A stretch of 26,001 nt of DNA, taken from NCBI GenBank assembly GCA_964370515.1, contig CAYJJM010000001.1, positions 1 to 26,001 on the forward strand, in the 5' to 3' direction. Below the pieces are notes generated by a model. It saw only the letters and a list, made by a program, of their open reading frames with translations. It ran no database searches and was not told the DNA's origin. Every line of letters begins with the position of its first letter. Position 1 is the first letter of the stretch. This DNA comes from an uncultured Oscillospiraceae bacterium. GTDB lineage: Bacteria > Bacillota > Clostridia > Peptostreptococcales > Anaerovoracaceae. Positions 1 to 9,493 of this stretch are shown in pieces. The position numbers and the translations under genes were made by a program.

Positions 1-938
1 TCTTTCTTGAGTTCAATTACAACCCTCATTCCATCTCTATTAGATTCATCTCTAATAGCTGAAATCCCTTCTATTTTTTTGTCTTTGGCAAGTTCTGCGA
101 TTTTTTCAATAACCCTTGCTTTGTTTACTTGATATGGAATTTCCGTAATTACTATTTGGGTTCTATCTTTTTTCCCTTCTTCTATTTCTGCCTTGGCTCT
201 TACTAAAACTTTTCCTTGCCCTGTCCTATAGGCCTGCTTCATGCTTGCCTTGCCCTTTATTATTCCACCTGTAGGAAAATCTGGAGCTTTCACAATTTTT
301 ATTAAATCTTCTACTGTAGCGTCTTTGTCTTCAATTAGCTTTATTGTGGCATTGATTACTTCCTCTAGATTATGAGGCGGAATTGATGTTGCCATCCCAA
401 CCGCTATACCATTAGATCCATTTACAAGTAGATTAGGAAATCTTGATGGCAATACTGCCGGTTCTGTTTCTTCTTCATCAAAGTTAGGTATGAAATCTAC
501 CGTATCTTTATCTATATCTCTAAGAAGCTCCAAAGCAAAAGGTGTCATCCTTGCTTCTGTATACCTCATTGCTGCAGCGCCATCTCCATCTATTGAACCA
601 AAGTTTCCATGCCCATCAATAAGAGTATATCTAGTGGCGAAATCCTGTGCCATTCTAACCATGGCATCGTAAATAGCACTGTCTCCATGAGGGTGGTATT
701 TACCCATTACTTCCCCTACTATACGAGCGGACTTTTTGTGTCCTTTGTCTGGGGTTATTCCCAACTCACTTAACCCATACAGAATCCTTCTATGTACGGG
801 TTTTAGTCCATCTCGTACATCAGGTAAAGCTCTTCCTACTATTACGCTCATAGCGTAATCGATATAGGATTTCTTCATTTCTGTATGTATCTCATGTTGA
901 ATAAGCCTTTGATCTTCGAACATATTATTTTGTGTCAT
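1..938 (-). CDS. gyrA: DNA gyrase subunit A, 5' part (runs off the left edge of the window)
   Basis: Not in the ORF track; translated by hand: [54 protein letters not shown]...[20 protein letters not shown]...[28 protein letters not shown] at 944-948; directly downstream of gyrB. Confidence 0.95.
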   Translation of the reverse strand, partial: MTQNNMFEDQRLIQHEIHTEMKKSYIDYAMSVIVGRALPDVRDGLKPVHRRILYGLSELGITPDKGHKKSARIVGEVMGKYHPHGDSAIYDAMVRMAQDFATRYTLIDGHGNFGSIDGDGAAAMRYTEARMTPFALELLRDIDKDTVDFIPNFDEEETEPAVLPSRFPNLLVNGSNGIAVGMATSIPPHNLEEVINATIKLIEDKDATVEDLIKIVKAPDFPTGGIIKGKASMKQAYRTGQGKVLVRAKAEIEEGKKDRTQIVITEIPYQVNKARVIEKIAELAKDKKIEGISAIRDESNRDGMRVVIELKK

Positions 939-957
939 TTTTTACCTCATTATATCC

Positions 958-2922
<1,965 letters not shown>

Positions 2923-2932
2923 CTAACAGTTT

Positions 2933-2961
2933 ATTATACCTTATTTTCCTTATTTTTGCAA
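2933..2961 (-). promoter_or_regulatory. sigma-A promoter for gyrB-gyrA
   Basis: Minus strand reads TTGCAA-17 nt-TATAAT, 34 nt upstream of the gyrB ATG. Confidence 0.7.
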
Positions 2962-3318
2962 GGCAAGAAGGTTATATGATTGTCTCGTTCATGGAAAAAG
3001 TGCAATAGAAATAGAAGAAGAATTAGCGAAAAGTCCTGCTTCAATATATTAGAATCAAAAATACAACTCAGAATCATGTCGCATTTTCTGAAAATGAACT
3101 TTCCATACTTGCTGAACATATTAGAAAATCTGATAAGAGCTTATCAGAACGAAAACCTTTCAAATTCTATTTGGAATGATTTCAAGAGATAGAGAACCTT
3201 TATTCTCTGACTTTAACAGTATTGAATTTGATATGGCACAGAATCATATACAAAAATCACAAATATAATGAAACTTTTTTTGTTTATTTTTTCTGATATA
3301 TTCCATGTATCTATTATC

Positions 3319-4545
3319 TTACTTTTTTGTTCCTGTCACACCCCTGTGTTTTTGCCTTAACTTTTTCATCTCATACATTCGTTTGCTACTTAGGGCAATA
3401 ATTTCTTTTTCAGAGATATTTTTATCTTTCTGGCTGAAAACAAGTCCGTAGCTTATTGACGTTTGATAATCTTTTTCTAAATTTGCTGAAATTTTTCCAA
3501 CTTTCCTGTAGCAATTTACCAACTTAGCTATTATATCAGACTCATTACAATATTTCCCTAAAACAACTATTTCATCTCCTCCATAACGTCCAATGTACGA
3601 ATCCGAAAAATAGCTGGTTATTATTTGCGAAACCTGTCGAATATAGATATCCCCTTCATTATGTCCATACGTGTCATTTACAATTTTTAATCCATCTATA
3701 TCTAAAAACGCTAAGAAAAACATGTCTTTCCCTTTGATTGCCGCTACAATTTTTTCAAAAATTTCTTCTCTAGTTAGCATACCTGTTAAGTGATCTGTTG
3801 CTGCAACTTCTTTAAGTTTGCTTAATGCAAGAAGTTGCTCATTTTTTTCTTCTTCAGCCTCTTTTAATTCCTGTGCAACAAGGCGGAGTTTTGCTAAATG
3901 GTATGCATAAATTATAAAAATCAAAAATGACAATAAGGTGAATAGCCCAATAATTATGTAGTATATCAATAAGTTCGAGCCCCCGCCTACAGCGGTCATA
4001 GTTGACGAGATAAGAATTATTGATATATATTCTACCAAAAATATCCCTGTAAGGAATTGAATATTTTTATTATCTGATAATATGGTGTCTAGGCAAATCT
4101 TTGCCAAGCTTTTTCTTGCAATAGCAATTGTATTGCTAGATAGCAAACAAGATAAAATTAATACTAACGCAAAATAAATTTTATCTTCCATGACTATTGC
4201 AGGTGTGTTTCCTTGCCAAAGTGAGATGGCTCCTACAAAAATTACTCTTTTTGCAAATAAATTTAACGCAAAAGTTACAGCTATATACAAAGCAATTTGC
4301 ACTTTAAGCTTAAATATTACTAGAAACTCAACAAACAACAAAAGTAAAAAGCAAATACCAGCTAAAGCCTCATAGGAAAGATTAAAAAAGTGAGTATATA
4401 TTATCCAAAAGGTAAGGTTAATTATATAACTAACTAAGCATAACAATATCTTTTTTTCTGTGTAATTAAATATGTATGATGAGTAAAAAAAGAAAATAAA
4501 ATGATATACTCCATACGCTGCTGCTAAAACTATGTACCAAACCAT
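3319..4545 (-). CDS. Multi-pass membrane GGDEF-domain protein (variant GGDEI)
   Basis: About 215 hydrophobic N-terminal residues, a coiled linker, then DHLTG, FLDIDGLKIVNDTYGHNEGD and GRYGGDEIVV. No RxxD I-site. Confidence 0.9.
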   Translation of the reverse strand: MVWYIVLAAAYGVYHFIFFFYSSYIFNYTEKKILLCLVSYIINLTFWIIYTHFFNLSYEALAGICFLLLLFVEFLVIFKLKVQIALYIAVTFALNLFAKRVIFVGAISLWQGNTPAIVMEDKIYFALVLILSCLLSSNTIAIARKSLAKICLDTILSDNKNIQFLTGIFLVEYISIILISSTMTAVGGGSNLLIYYIIIGLFTLLSFLIFIIYAYHLAKLRLVAQELKEAEEEKNEQLLALSKLKEVAATDHLTGMLTREEIFEKIVAAIKGKDMFFLAFLDIDGLKIVNDTYGHNEGDIYIRQVSQIITSYFSDSYIGRYGGDEIVVLGKYCNESDIIAKLVNCYRKVGKISANLEKDYQTSISYGLVFSQKDKNISEKEIIALSSKRMYEMKKLRQKHRGVTGTKK

Positions 4546-4547
4546 AA

Positions 4548-5774
4548 CTAGTTGCCTCCTCCTTTTTTCGTATAAAACTCAGCTTTTTTCACACGCATAT
4601 TGACATCGGCAATATCAAGAATGTAGTCCACGCCTTTAGCTTTTAGTGTATCATCCACATGCACAATCCCTATGCTGGCGGAAACATTAAATTTTTCGTT
4701 TTCATTTTCTTCTTGAATATTTTTATTAAAGCGACCTAATATATCTTCTATAACATCCTGTGAAGCATCTTCTATAATGGCTATGAACTCATCTCCTCCC
4801 AATCTTGCTACCACATCTCCTTGTCGCATTGAAGAAGATAAAGCATTTGCAACTTTTATTATCAATTGGTCACCTGTTTCATGACCATAAACATCATTGG
4901 TAAATTTAAGCGCATTAATATCTATGAACATAACTGTAAAAGAACTAAACTCTAAAGTTACCAAATCTTCCAATAAAGATCGTGCATACTTCCTGCTATA
5001 AGTTCCTGTCAAATAATCCTTTTCAATTTTTTTGTTTAGCATTGCTTTGACATTTTCAATATGTTCTTGTTCCCTTTGAAGTGCGTCGGATTTTCTTTTA
5101 TAAAAAGAAGCACCTGTTAGAGAAATTCCATAGATAAATAAAAAATAAAATCCACTTAACACAAAGAATGCTGATATTATGCTTAATATCAACTGCTCCT
5201 CAAAAAAATTGTTTTCCAAAATAAGAATAATATACATCGATTCATAAAGAACCGTTCCCAACATAGATAATAAAAGCATAACTGAGTATGTAGGTATTGT
5301 AGTGATTCTCTGAATCTGCATTGGTTCAAAGAATCTTTCAACTATCGGCTGTATAAAAAATGCTAAAGAAAAGCATGTTACAAATATCACCATGCTTCGA
5401 AATTCAGTATCAGTATGCACGTGGGCAGGAGAAATTTTGAAGAAGAAACTAAATGATGAAATTACTATTATATTTACAGCTGCAATATGCATAGCAAAAA
5501 TTGAAGATCCACAAAATGCCTGAACCCAGCTTGCTTTGGAAATAAGTTTAAATTCCAAAGCCAAAAGAATGGTTATAGCGGGATATAGTAAATAGAATGA
5601 AATTTCAAAATATATAAAGGCAATAAAAGCAAGACAGTTAACAAACGACCAAAAATATATGCATATCATCCGCTTGCTTCCTTTTACTAATATTTGTACG
5701 GCATATTTCAAGATTACGATCTGATAAATAAAAAACATGCAGAGTACAAAAAATTCAGATGAATATTCTATCAT
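4548..5774 (-). CDS. Multi-pass membrane diguanylate cyclase (GGDEF)
   Basis: Hydrophobic N-terminal half, then DYLTG, FIDINALKFTNDVYGHETGD and RQGD-VVARL-GGDEF (I-site intact). Start moved from 5789 to ATG 5774, which has GAGGAAG upstream. Confidence 0.9.
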   Translation of the reverse strand: MIEYSSEFFVLCMFFIYQIVILKYAVQILVKGSKRMICIYFWSFVNCLAFIAFIYFEISFYLLYPAITILLALEFKLISKASWVQAFCGSSIFAMHIAAVNIIVISSFSFFFKISPAHVHTDTEFRSMVIFVTCFSLAFFIQPIVERFFEPMQIQRITTIPTYSVMLLLSMLGTVLYESMYIILILENNFFEEQLILSIISAFFVLSGFYFLFIYGISLTGASFYKRKSDALQREQEHIENVKAMLNKKIEKDYLTGTYSRKYARSLLEDLVTLEFSSFTVMFIDINALKFTNDVYGHETGDQLIIKVANALSSSMRQGDVVARLGGDEFIAIIEDASQDVIEDILGRFNKNIQEENENEKFNVSASIGIVHVDDTLKAKGVDYILDIADVNMRVKKAEFYTKKGGGN

Positions 5775-5824
5775 AGCAGCCTTCCTCATTTAAATAAGTA
5801 TATGATAAAGTAACTTGTCAATAT

Positions 5825-5833
5825 ATTATAGCA
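5825..5833 (-). promoter_or_regulatory. Extended -10 promoter element for the diguanylate cyclase pair
   Basis: Minus strand TGCTATAAT about 50 nt upstream of the start codon. Confidence 0.5.
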
Positions 5834-6030
5834 TATCAAATAAACCTCTATATGATGAGCACTTGAAAACTATTTGTCGTTTTATTGTTATAATTTTTTT
5901 ATTAATAACATATACCTTGCAATTTTTTTCATTAACCTTAACAAGATTTTGAAATTTTTACGCTCCATTTTGCTCTATTTTATCATGCTTGTATTTTTTC
6001 TTCAAATTTTTGTTTTAGTTTTCTTCAGTG

Positions 6031-6039
6031 TGGTATAAT
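6031..6039 (+). promoter_or_regulatory. Extended -10 promoter element for the rubredoxin-like/HesB-like genes
   Basis: TGGTATAAT (TGnTATAAT) about 48 nt upstream of ATG 6088. Confidence 0.6.
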
Positions 6040-6087
6040 ATACACTAATTAAATTATATTTGTTTTAAATAAAATGGAGGTGTTGTT

Positions 6088-6195
6088 ATGAAGTGGGTTT
6101 GCGTTGTATGTAATTACGAGCATGAAGGAGATTCCGCTCCTGAAAAATGTCCTGTTTGTGGAGTTGGACCTGATCAATTTAAAGAAAAAGAATAG
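6088..6195 (+). CDS. Small rubredoxin-like protein, 35 aa (below the ORF-track cutoff)
   Basis: MKWVCVVCNYEHEGDSAPEKCPVCGVGPDQFKEKE*: CxxC-x12-CPxCG, the short rubredoxin domain seen in rubrerythrins. Strong RBS GGAGGTG at 6076-6082. Confidence 0.9.
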   Translation: MKWVCVVCNYEHEGDSAPEKCPVCGVGPDQFKEKE

Positions 6196-6272
6196 CTAGT
6201 GTTCACTCTCAAAATTACGAATGTGTTTTGTCTGGTTAGTTTTTAGTTTAGTTTTAGAAAGGCGGTCATCAA

Positions 6273-6596
6273 ATGAAAGTACAATTTACAAAGCAAGCGT
6301 TTGATGTATATCAAAAAGAGTTAGAAAAAGGAAATCAATTTTGTTTGACTTTAGCAAAGGGTGGATGTTGTGGCTTTAGTGTGTCCTTTGAAAATATGTA
6401 CTCAAAGAATAACAAGGAGATGGTTGAATTTTCCTTGCCAACTAATGACCTTGACGGAAACATAAAATATGCTGACTCTGGCAATTTTGTGCCCGTTTCA
6501 AAAGAAGTTTCTACATTACTAAACAGTGCCCTTATTGACTATCCTACTAAAGGTTTAAGAAAGTCATTTAAGGTTTACCCAAATCAAATCAAGTAA
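6273..6596 (+). CDS. HesB/IscA-like (Fe-S biosynthesis domain-like) small protein with a Cys-Cys motif
   Basis: MKVQFTKQA... start typical of the HesB fold; LTLAKGGCCGFSVSF motif; LIDY near the C-terminus. Lacks the C-terminal CGCG of true IscA. RBS-like AAAGGCGG upstream. Confidence 0.6.
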   Translation: MKVQFTKQAFDVYQKELEKGNQFCLTLAKGGCCGFSVSFENMYSKNNKEMVEFSLPTNDLDGNIKYADSGNFVPVSKEVSTLLNSALIDYPTKGLRKSFKVYPNQIK

Positions 6597-6619
6597 CAAA
6601 GCGCTAGTAATTAAATTTA

Positions 6620-6680
6620 AAAACCCCAACTCCCATTGATATGCTTGCAACTTTATAAGCATACTATGGTTTGGGGTTTT
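6620..6680. terminator. Bidirectional terminator-like hairpin between convergent genes
   Basis: AAAACCCCAA (6620-6629) pairs with TTGGGGTTTT (6671-6680), with inner pairs CCAT/ATGG and ATGCTT/AAGCAT. Confidence 0.7.
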
Positions 6681-6732
6681 CTTCTTTTGTTCTTTGTTTC
6701 CTTATCTTACGAATTGTTCTTGCTATAAATAT

Positions 6733-7518
6733 TTATTTTTTGTTCATCTCATAAATTATTCTTAGCCCCTCCAAGGTTAACATCTTATCCACATGATCTA
6801 TGCAGTCCACTCCCTTTGCAACTAAGTTTGCTGTTCCCCCTGTTGCTATTACATTTATTTTTGTTTCGGATCCTACATGGGCTTCAAGTTCTTTTCGCAT
6901 TTTTTTGACAATATACTCCACTGCTCCCATATGCCCTAATACTACACCCGATTTAATGCTTTCACTTGTTTCTTTGCAAATTGCATTTTCTGTATAGTCT
7001 AATTCTACTTTGGGAAGCTTTGCGGTTTTTTCAAATAAAGCGTGGGAGGAAATTAATAATCCAGGAGAAATAGCTCCTCCTAAATATTCTCCTTTATCTG
7101 TAACTGCACAAAAAGTTGTAGCTGTACCGAAATCTATTATTATAAGTGCTCCGTCATATTTTCCCCTTGCCCCTACTGCATTTACTATTCTATCTGCCCC
7201 TACTTGAGAAGGGTTGTCATATTTTATCACTAAGCCTGTTTCCACTAGAGAATCCACCACTATTGGTGTTTTGTTGAAATATTTTATTGACGCATGTTGC
7301 AACGAAAATAAGGATGAAGGTACTACTGTAGATATAATTATATCCTCAATTTCTGATAGTTTTATTCCTTCGTGAGCAAATAGCTGACTAAGCATCATCC
7401 CGTATTCATCTGCACTCTTGTTACTGTCTGTTCCAAACCGCCAGTTCTGTATCAATTTCTCTCCATCAAATACGCCAACAACTATATTTGTGTTTCCTAC
7501 ATCAAATGTTAATAACAT
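6733..7518 (-). CDS. coaX: Type III pantothenate kinase
   Basis: MLLTFDVGNTNIVVG, VGADRIVN, IIDFGTATTF, GGAISPG, IATGG, LTLEGL. Start set at ATG 7518 (RBS AGGGAG). Confidence 0.95.
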   Translation of the reverse strand: MLLTFDVGNTNIVVGVFDGEKLIQNWRFGTDSNKSADEYGMMLSQLFAHEGIKLSEIEDIIISTVVPSSLFSLQHASIKYFNKTPIVVDSLVETGLVIKYDNPSQVGADRIVNAVGARGKYDGALIIIDFGTATTFCAVTDKGEYLGGAISPGLLISSHALFEKTAKLPKVELDYTENAICKETSESIKSGVVLGHMGAVEYIVKKMRKELEAHVGSETKINVIATGGTANLVAKGVDCIDHVDKMLTLEGLRIIYEMNKK

Positions 7519-7594
7519 GGTAGTCTCCCTTTCTTTTTTAAGCATTTGTTTTTCTTAGTTAAGCACTTGTTTTTCTTGTTCGTTTTGCTTTTTC

Positions 7595-7623
7595 ATTATA
7601 ATCCTATTTGATGTAAATTTCAA
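7595..7623 (-). promoter_or_regulatory. sigma-A promoter for coaX
   Basis: Minus strand TTGAAA-17 nt-TATAAT. Confidence 0.7.
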
Positions 7624-7663
7624 ATAGTTATTCCTAGATCATGTCATAATTGAGGTCAAGGCA

Positions 7664-7692
7664 TTGATTCTTAGCGCGCTATACGCTATAAT
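7664..7692 (+). promoter_or_regulatory. sigma-A promoter of the methyltransferase gene, with a GCGCGC palindrome in the spacer
   Basis: TTGATT (7664-7669)-17 nt-TATAAT (7687-7692). The spacer contains TAGCGCGCTA (7672-7681). RBS GGAGG at 7711-7715. Confidence 0.75.
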
Positions 7693-7721
7693 AATTTTCG
7701 TAAACAAATCGGAGGAAGTTT

Positions 7722-8081
7722 ATGGTTGAAATAAAAGAAAATGAAATATTAAAGGATAAAAAGTTTATTGACTTATTTGCAGGCTTAGGCGGGTTTAGAA
7801 TAGCCTTAGAATCATTAGGTGCCAAGTGTGTATACACTAGCGAATGGGATAAATCTGTAAGTGAAGTTTATTGCAACAACTTCGGCGACTACCCAAATGG
7901 TGACATAACAAAAATAGAGGAAAACTCTATACCTAACTATGATATTTTATGTTCAGGATTTCCTTGCCAAGCATTCTCGATTAGCGGGAAGCAAAAAGGG
8001 TTTAATGACAGCAGGGGAACATTATTTTTTGATATAGCAAGAATCGTACGGGCGAAAAGACCTTATAATGATATAATTTAA
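7722..8081 (+). pseudogene. Truncated DNA cytosine-C5 methyltransferase, M.HhaI-like (motifs I-V only)
   Basis: FIDLFAGLGGFRIALES (motif I), [41 protein letters not shown] (motifs IV-V). Similarity stops at ...KRP (8063), before motif VI (ENV); I found no continuation in the other frames. Confidence 0.9.
8069..8077 (+). promoter_or_regulatory. Extended -10 promoter at the methyltransferase breakpoint
   Basis: TGATATAAT, with a second TATAAT at 8064-8069. No -35 box, because that position is methyltransferase coding sequence. Confidence 0.6.
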
Positions 8082-8083
8082 TA

Positions 8084-8255
8084 GGAAGAACTACACCTCC
8101 GTGGTATGCTAAAAAGAAATATAGGTCAGACAGTATTTTCCATGTACGCAGAAGTACACCTAGCACGCAACGAAGGGTAGTGTACGCAGTGTACACAGCA
8201 TACGCAGTTTAACAGTACCTGCCGAAAAGGCAAGTAAATTACGCAGGATTTTTCG
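8084..8255 (+). ncRNA. Candidate structured RNA or leader with repeated TACGCAG motifs (family not recognised)
   Basis: Four TACGCAG plus one CACGCAA. Hairpins TGTAC-gcagaa-GTACA, GTGTAC-gcagt-GTACAC and TACcTGCC-gaaaa-GGCAaGTA. Long-range pair GTATGCT/AGCATAC. Visibly more GC-rich than the other intergenic DNA here. Confidence 0.55.
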
Positions 8256-8284
8256 ACATAGACAAGGAAGGATCTTATAGAGTT

Positions 8285-9301
8285 ATGAAAGTAAAATTAG
8301 GAAATATAGAATTAGAAAACCCTTTTATCCTTGCCCCTATGGCTGGGGTAACTGATAAACCCTTTCGAGAAATTTGCAAAGAGCAAGGAGCCTCTTTGGT
8401 TTATAGTGAAATGGTAAGTGCAAAGGGCATGTTTTATGGAGATAAAAATACAGAAAGTCTATTAAAAACTTCCGGCTTTGAAAAACCCCTTATTTATCAA
8501 ATCTTTGGTTCAGAGCCTGATGTTATTAAGTATGCAGCAGAAACTTTAAACAATAGAGAGAATGTGGCTTTAGATATTAACATGGGTTGCCCTGTTCCAA
8601 AAATCGTCAAGAACGGAGAAGGCTCTGCCTTAATGAAGTCCCCCGATCTAATATACGACCTTATCAAAGCGGCTAAATCAGTCAGCAACAAGCCTGTATC
8701 TGCGAAAATTCGCCTTGGATGGGATAAAAATTCTATAAATGGTATAGAGGCTGCCTCTGCCATTGAGTCGGCAGGAGGGGATTTTATCGCTGTACATGGC
8801 AGAACTAGAGAAGAGTACTATAGCGGAACTGCCAACTGGGAAGAAATCAAAAAAATCAAAACCCATATAACCATACCTGTAATTGGAAACGGTGACATTT
8901 TCTCTGGAAAGGAAGGAGTTTCTTTTTTGATAACCCATCAAGTTGATGCTGTTATGATAGGCAGAGGTGCCATGGGAAATCCATTTATTTTTAAAGATTT
9001 AATCTCTGCTTTGGCACACTATGAAAAGTATGGGAATTTAGAAGAATACATCCCTATTATTGTTTCAAATGAAGATAAAATCAAAACTTTATTAAAGCAA
9101 TTCGATTTGTTATTGGAGGAAAAAGGCGAGTACACAGCAGTAAGGCAAATCCGTTCCCACGGGGCTTGGTATCTCAAGGGAATGAAAGGCGCTTCTAAAA
9201 TAAAACAGCAACTTAATCAGCTAACAAACTCAGAGGAGATTAAGACTTTATTTAAACAAAATAATTTTCAAACCTTTATTACAAATCCCCTAGCCCATTG
9301 A
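8285..9301 (+). CDS. dusB: tRNA-dihydrouridine synthase B
   Basis: ILAPMAGVTD, YSEMVS, QIFGSEP, DINMGCPVPKIVKNGEGSALM, KIRLGW, VHGRTR, IGNGDI, MIGRGAMGNP. Confidence 0.95.
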   Translation: MKVKLGNIELENPFILAPMAGVTDKPFREICKEQGASLVYSEMVSAKGMFYGDKNTESLLKTSGFEKPLIYQIFGSEPDVIKYAAETLNNRENVALDINMGCPVPKIVKNGEGSALMKSPDLIYDLIKAAKSVSNKPVSAKIRLGWDKNSINGIEAASAIESAGGDFIAVHGRTREEYYSGTANWEEIKKIKTHITIPVIGNGDIFSGKEGVSFLITHQVDAVMIGRGAMGNPFIFKDLISALAHYEKYGNLEEYIPIIVSNEDKIKTLLKQFDLLLEEKGEYTAVRQIRSHGAWYLKGMKGASKIKQQLNQLTNSEEIKTLFKQNNFQTFITNPLAH

Positions 9302-9304
9302 TAA

Positions 9305-9345
9305 AGGATGCGAGCATTGTCTTATACCGCATCCTGATTTTTTAT
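9305..9345 (+). terminator. Probable intrinsic terminator after dusB
   Basis: AGGATGCG (9305-9312) pairs with CGCATCCT (9328-9335), followed by a T-rich tract. Confidence 0.6.
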
Positions 9346-9493
9346 GTTTTATATATTTCAAAGTTTAAACAAACTTTGAAGCAGTTTCCAAACTATTATT
9401 CTAATTCCCTCTAAATCTTGGCTTCAGGTTAATAATGATGATGACCAAAGTAGAAAGTATAGAAATATAACACAAGCTAATATATTTTAATTT

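Noticed and set aside
661..705. Quinolone-resistance substitution in GyrA
   Set aside because: The region reads [12 protein letters not shown], with Ser and Asp at the usual susceptible positions.
3053..3073. Short inverted similarity to the gyrB 5' end (NQKYNSE versus NQKYNAE)
   Set aside because: Only ~21 nt of AT-rich sequence with several mismatches; compatible with chance.
6355..6375. Selenocysteine in the HesB-like protein
   Set aside because: The codons are TGT TGT (Cys-Cys), with no in-frame TGA.
7539..7580. Two-copy ~21-bp direct repeat in the coaX leader
   Set aside because: Only two low-complexity copies, most simply a local duplication.
8002..8196. 64-aa minus-strand ORF across the candidate RNA
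   Set aside because: GTG start with no RBS, overlaps the methyltransferase antisense, and has no recognisable motif. Worth revisiting only if the RNA proves to be associated with a reverse transcriptase.
8084..8255. c-di-GMP-I or preQ1 riboswitch, tRNA, or group II intron domain V
   Set aside because: The diagnostic conserved sequences and architecture of each are not present by eye; only a generic GAAA-like loop is shared.
8064..8284. Frameshifted continuation of the methyltransferase
   Set aside because: No ENV (motif VI) or QxRxR (motif VIII in context) in the downstream frames, and far too little space remains before dusB.
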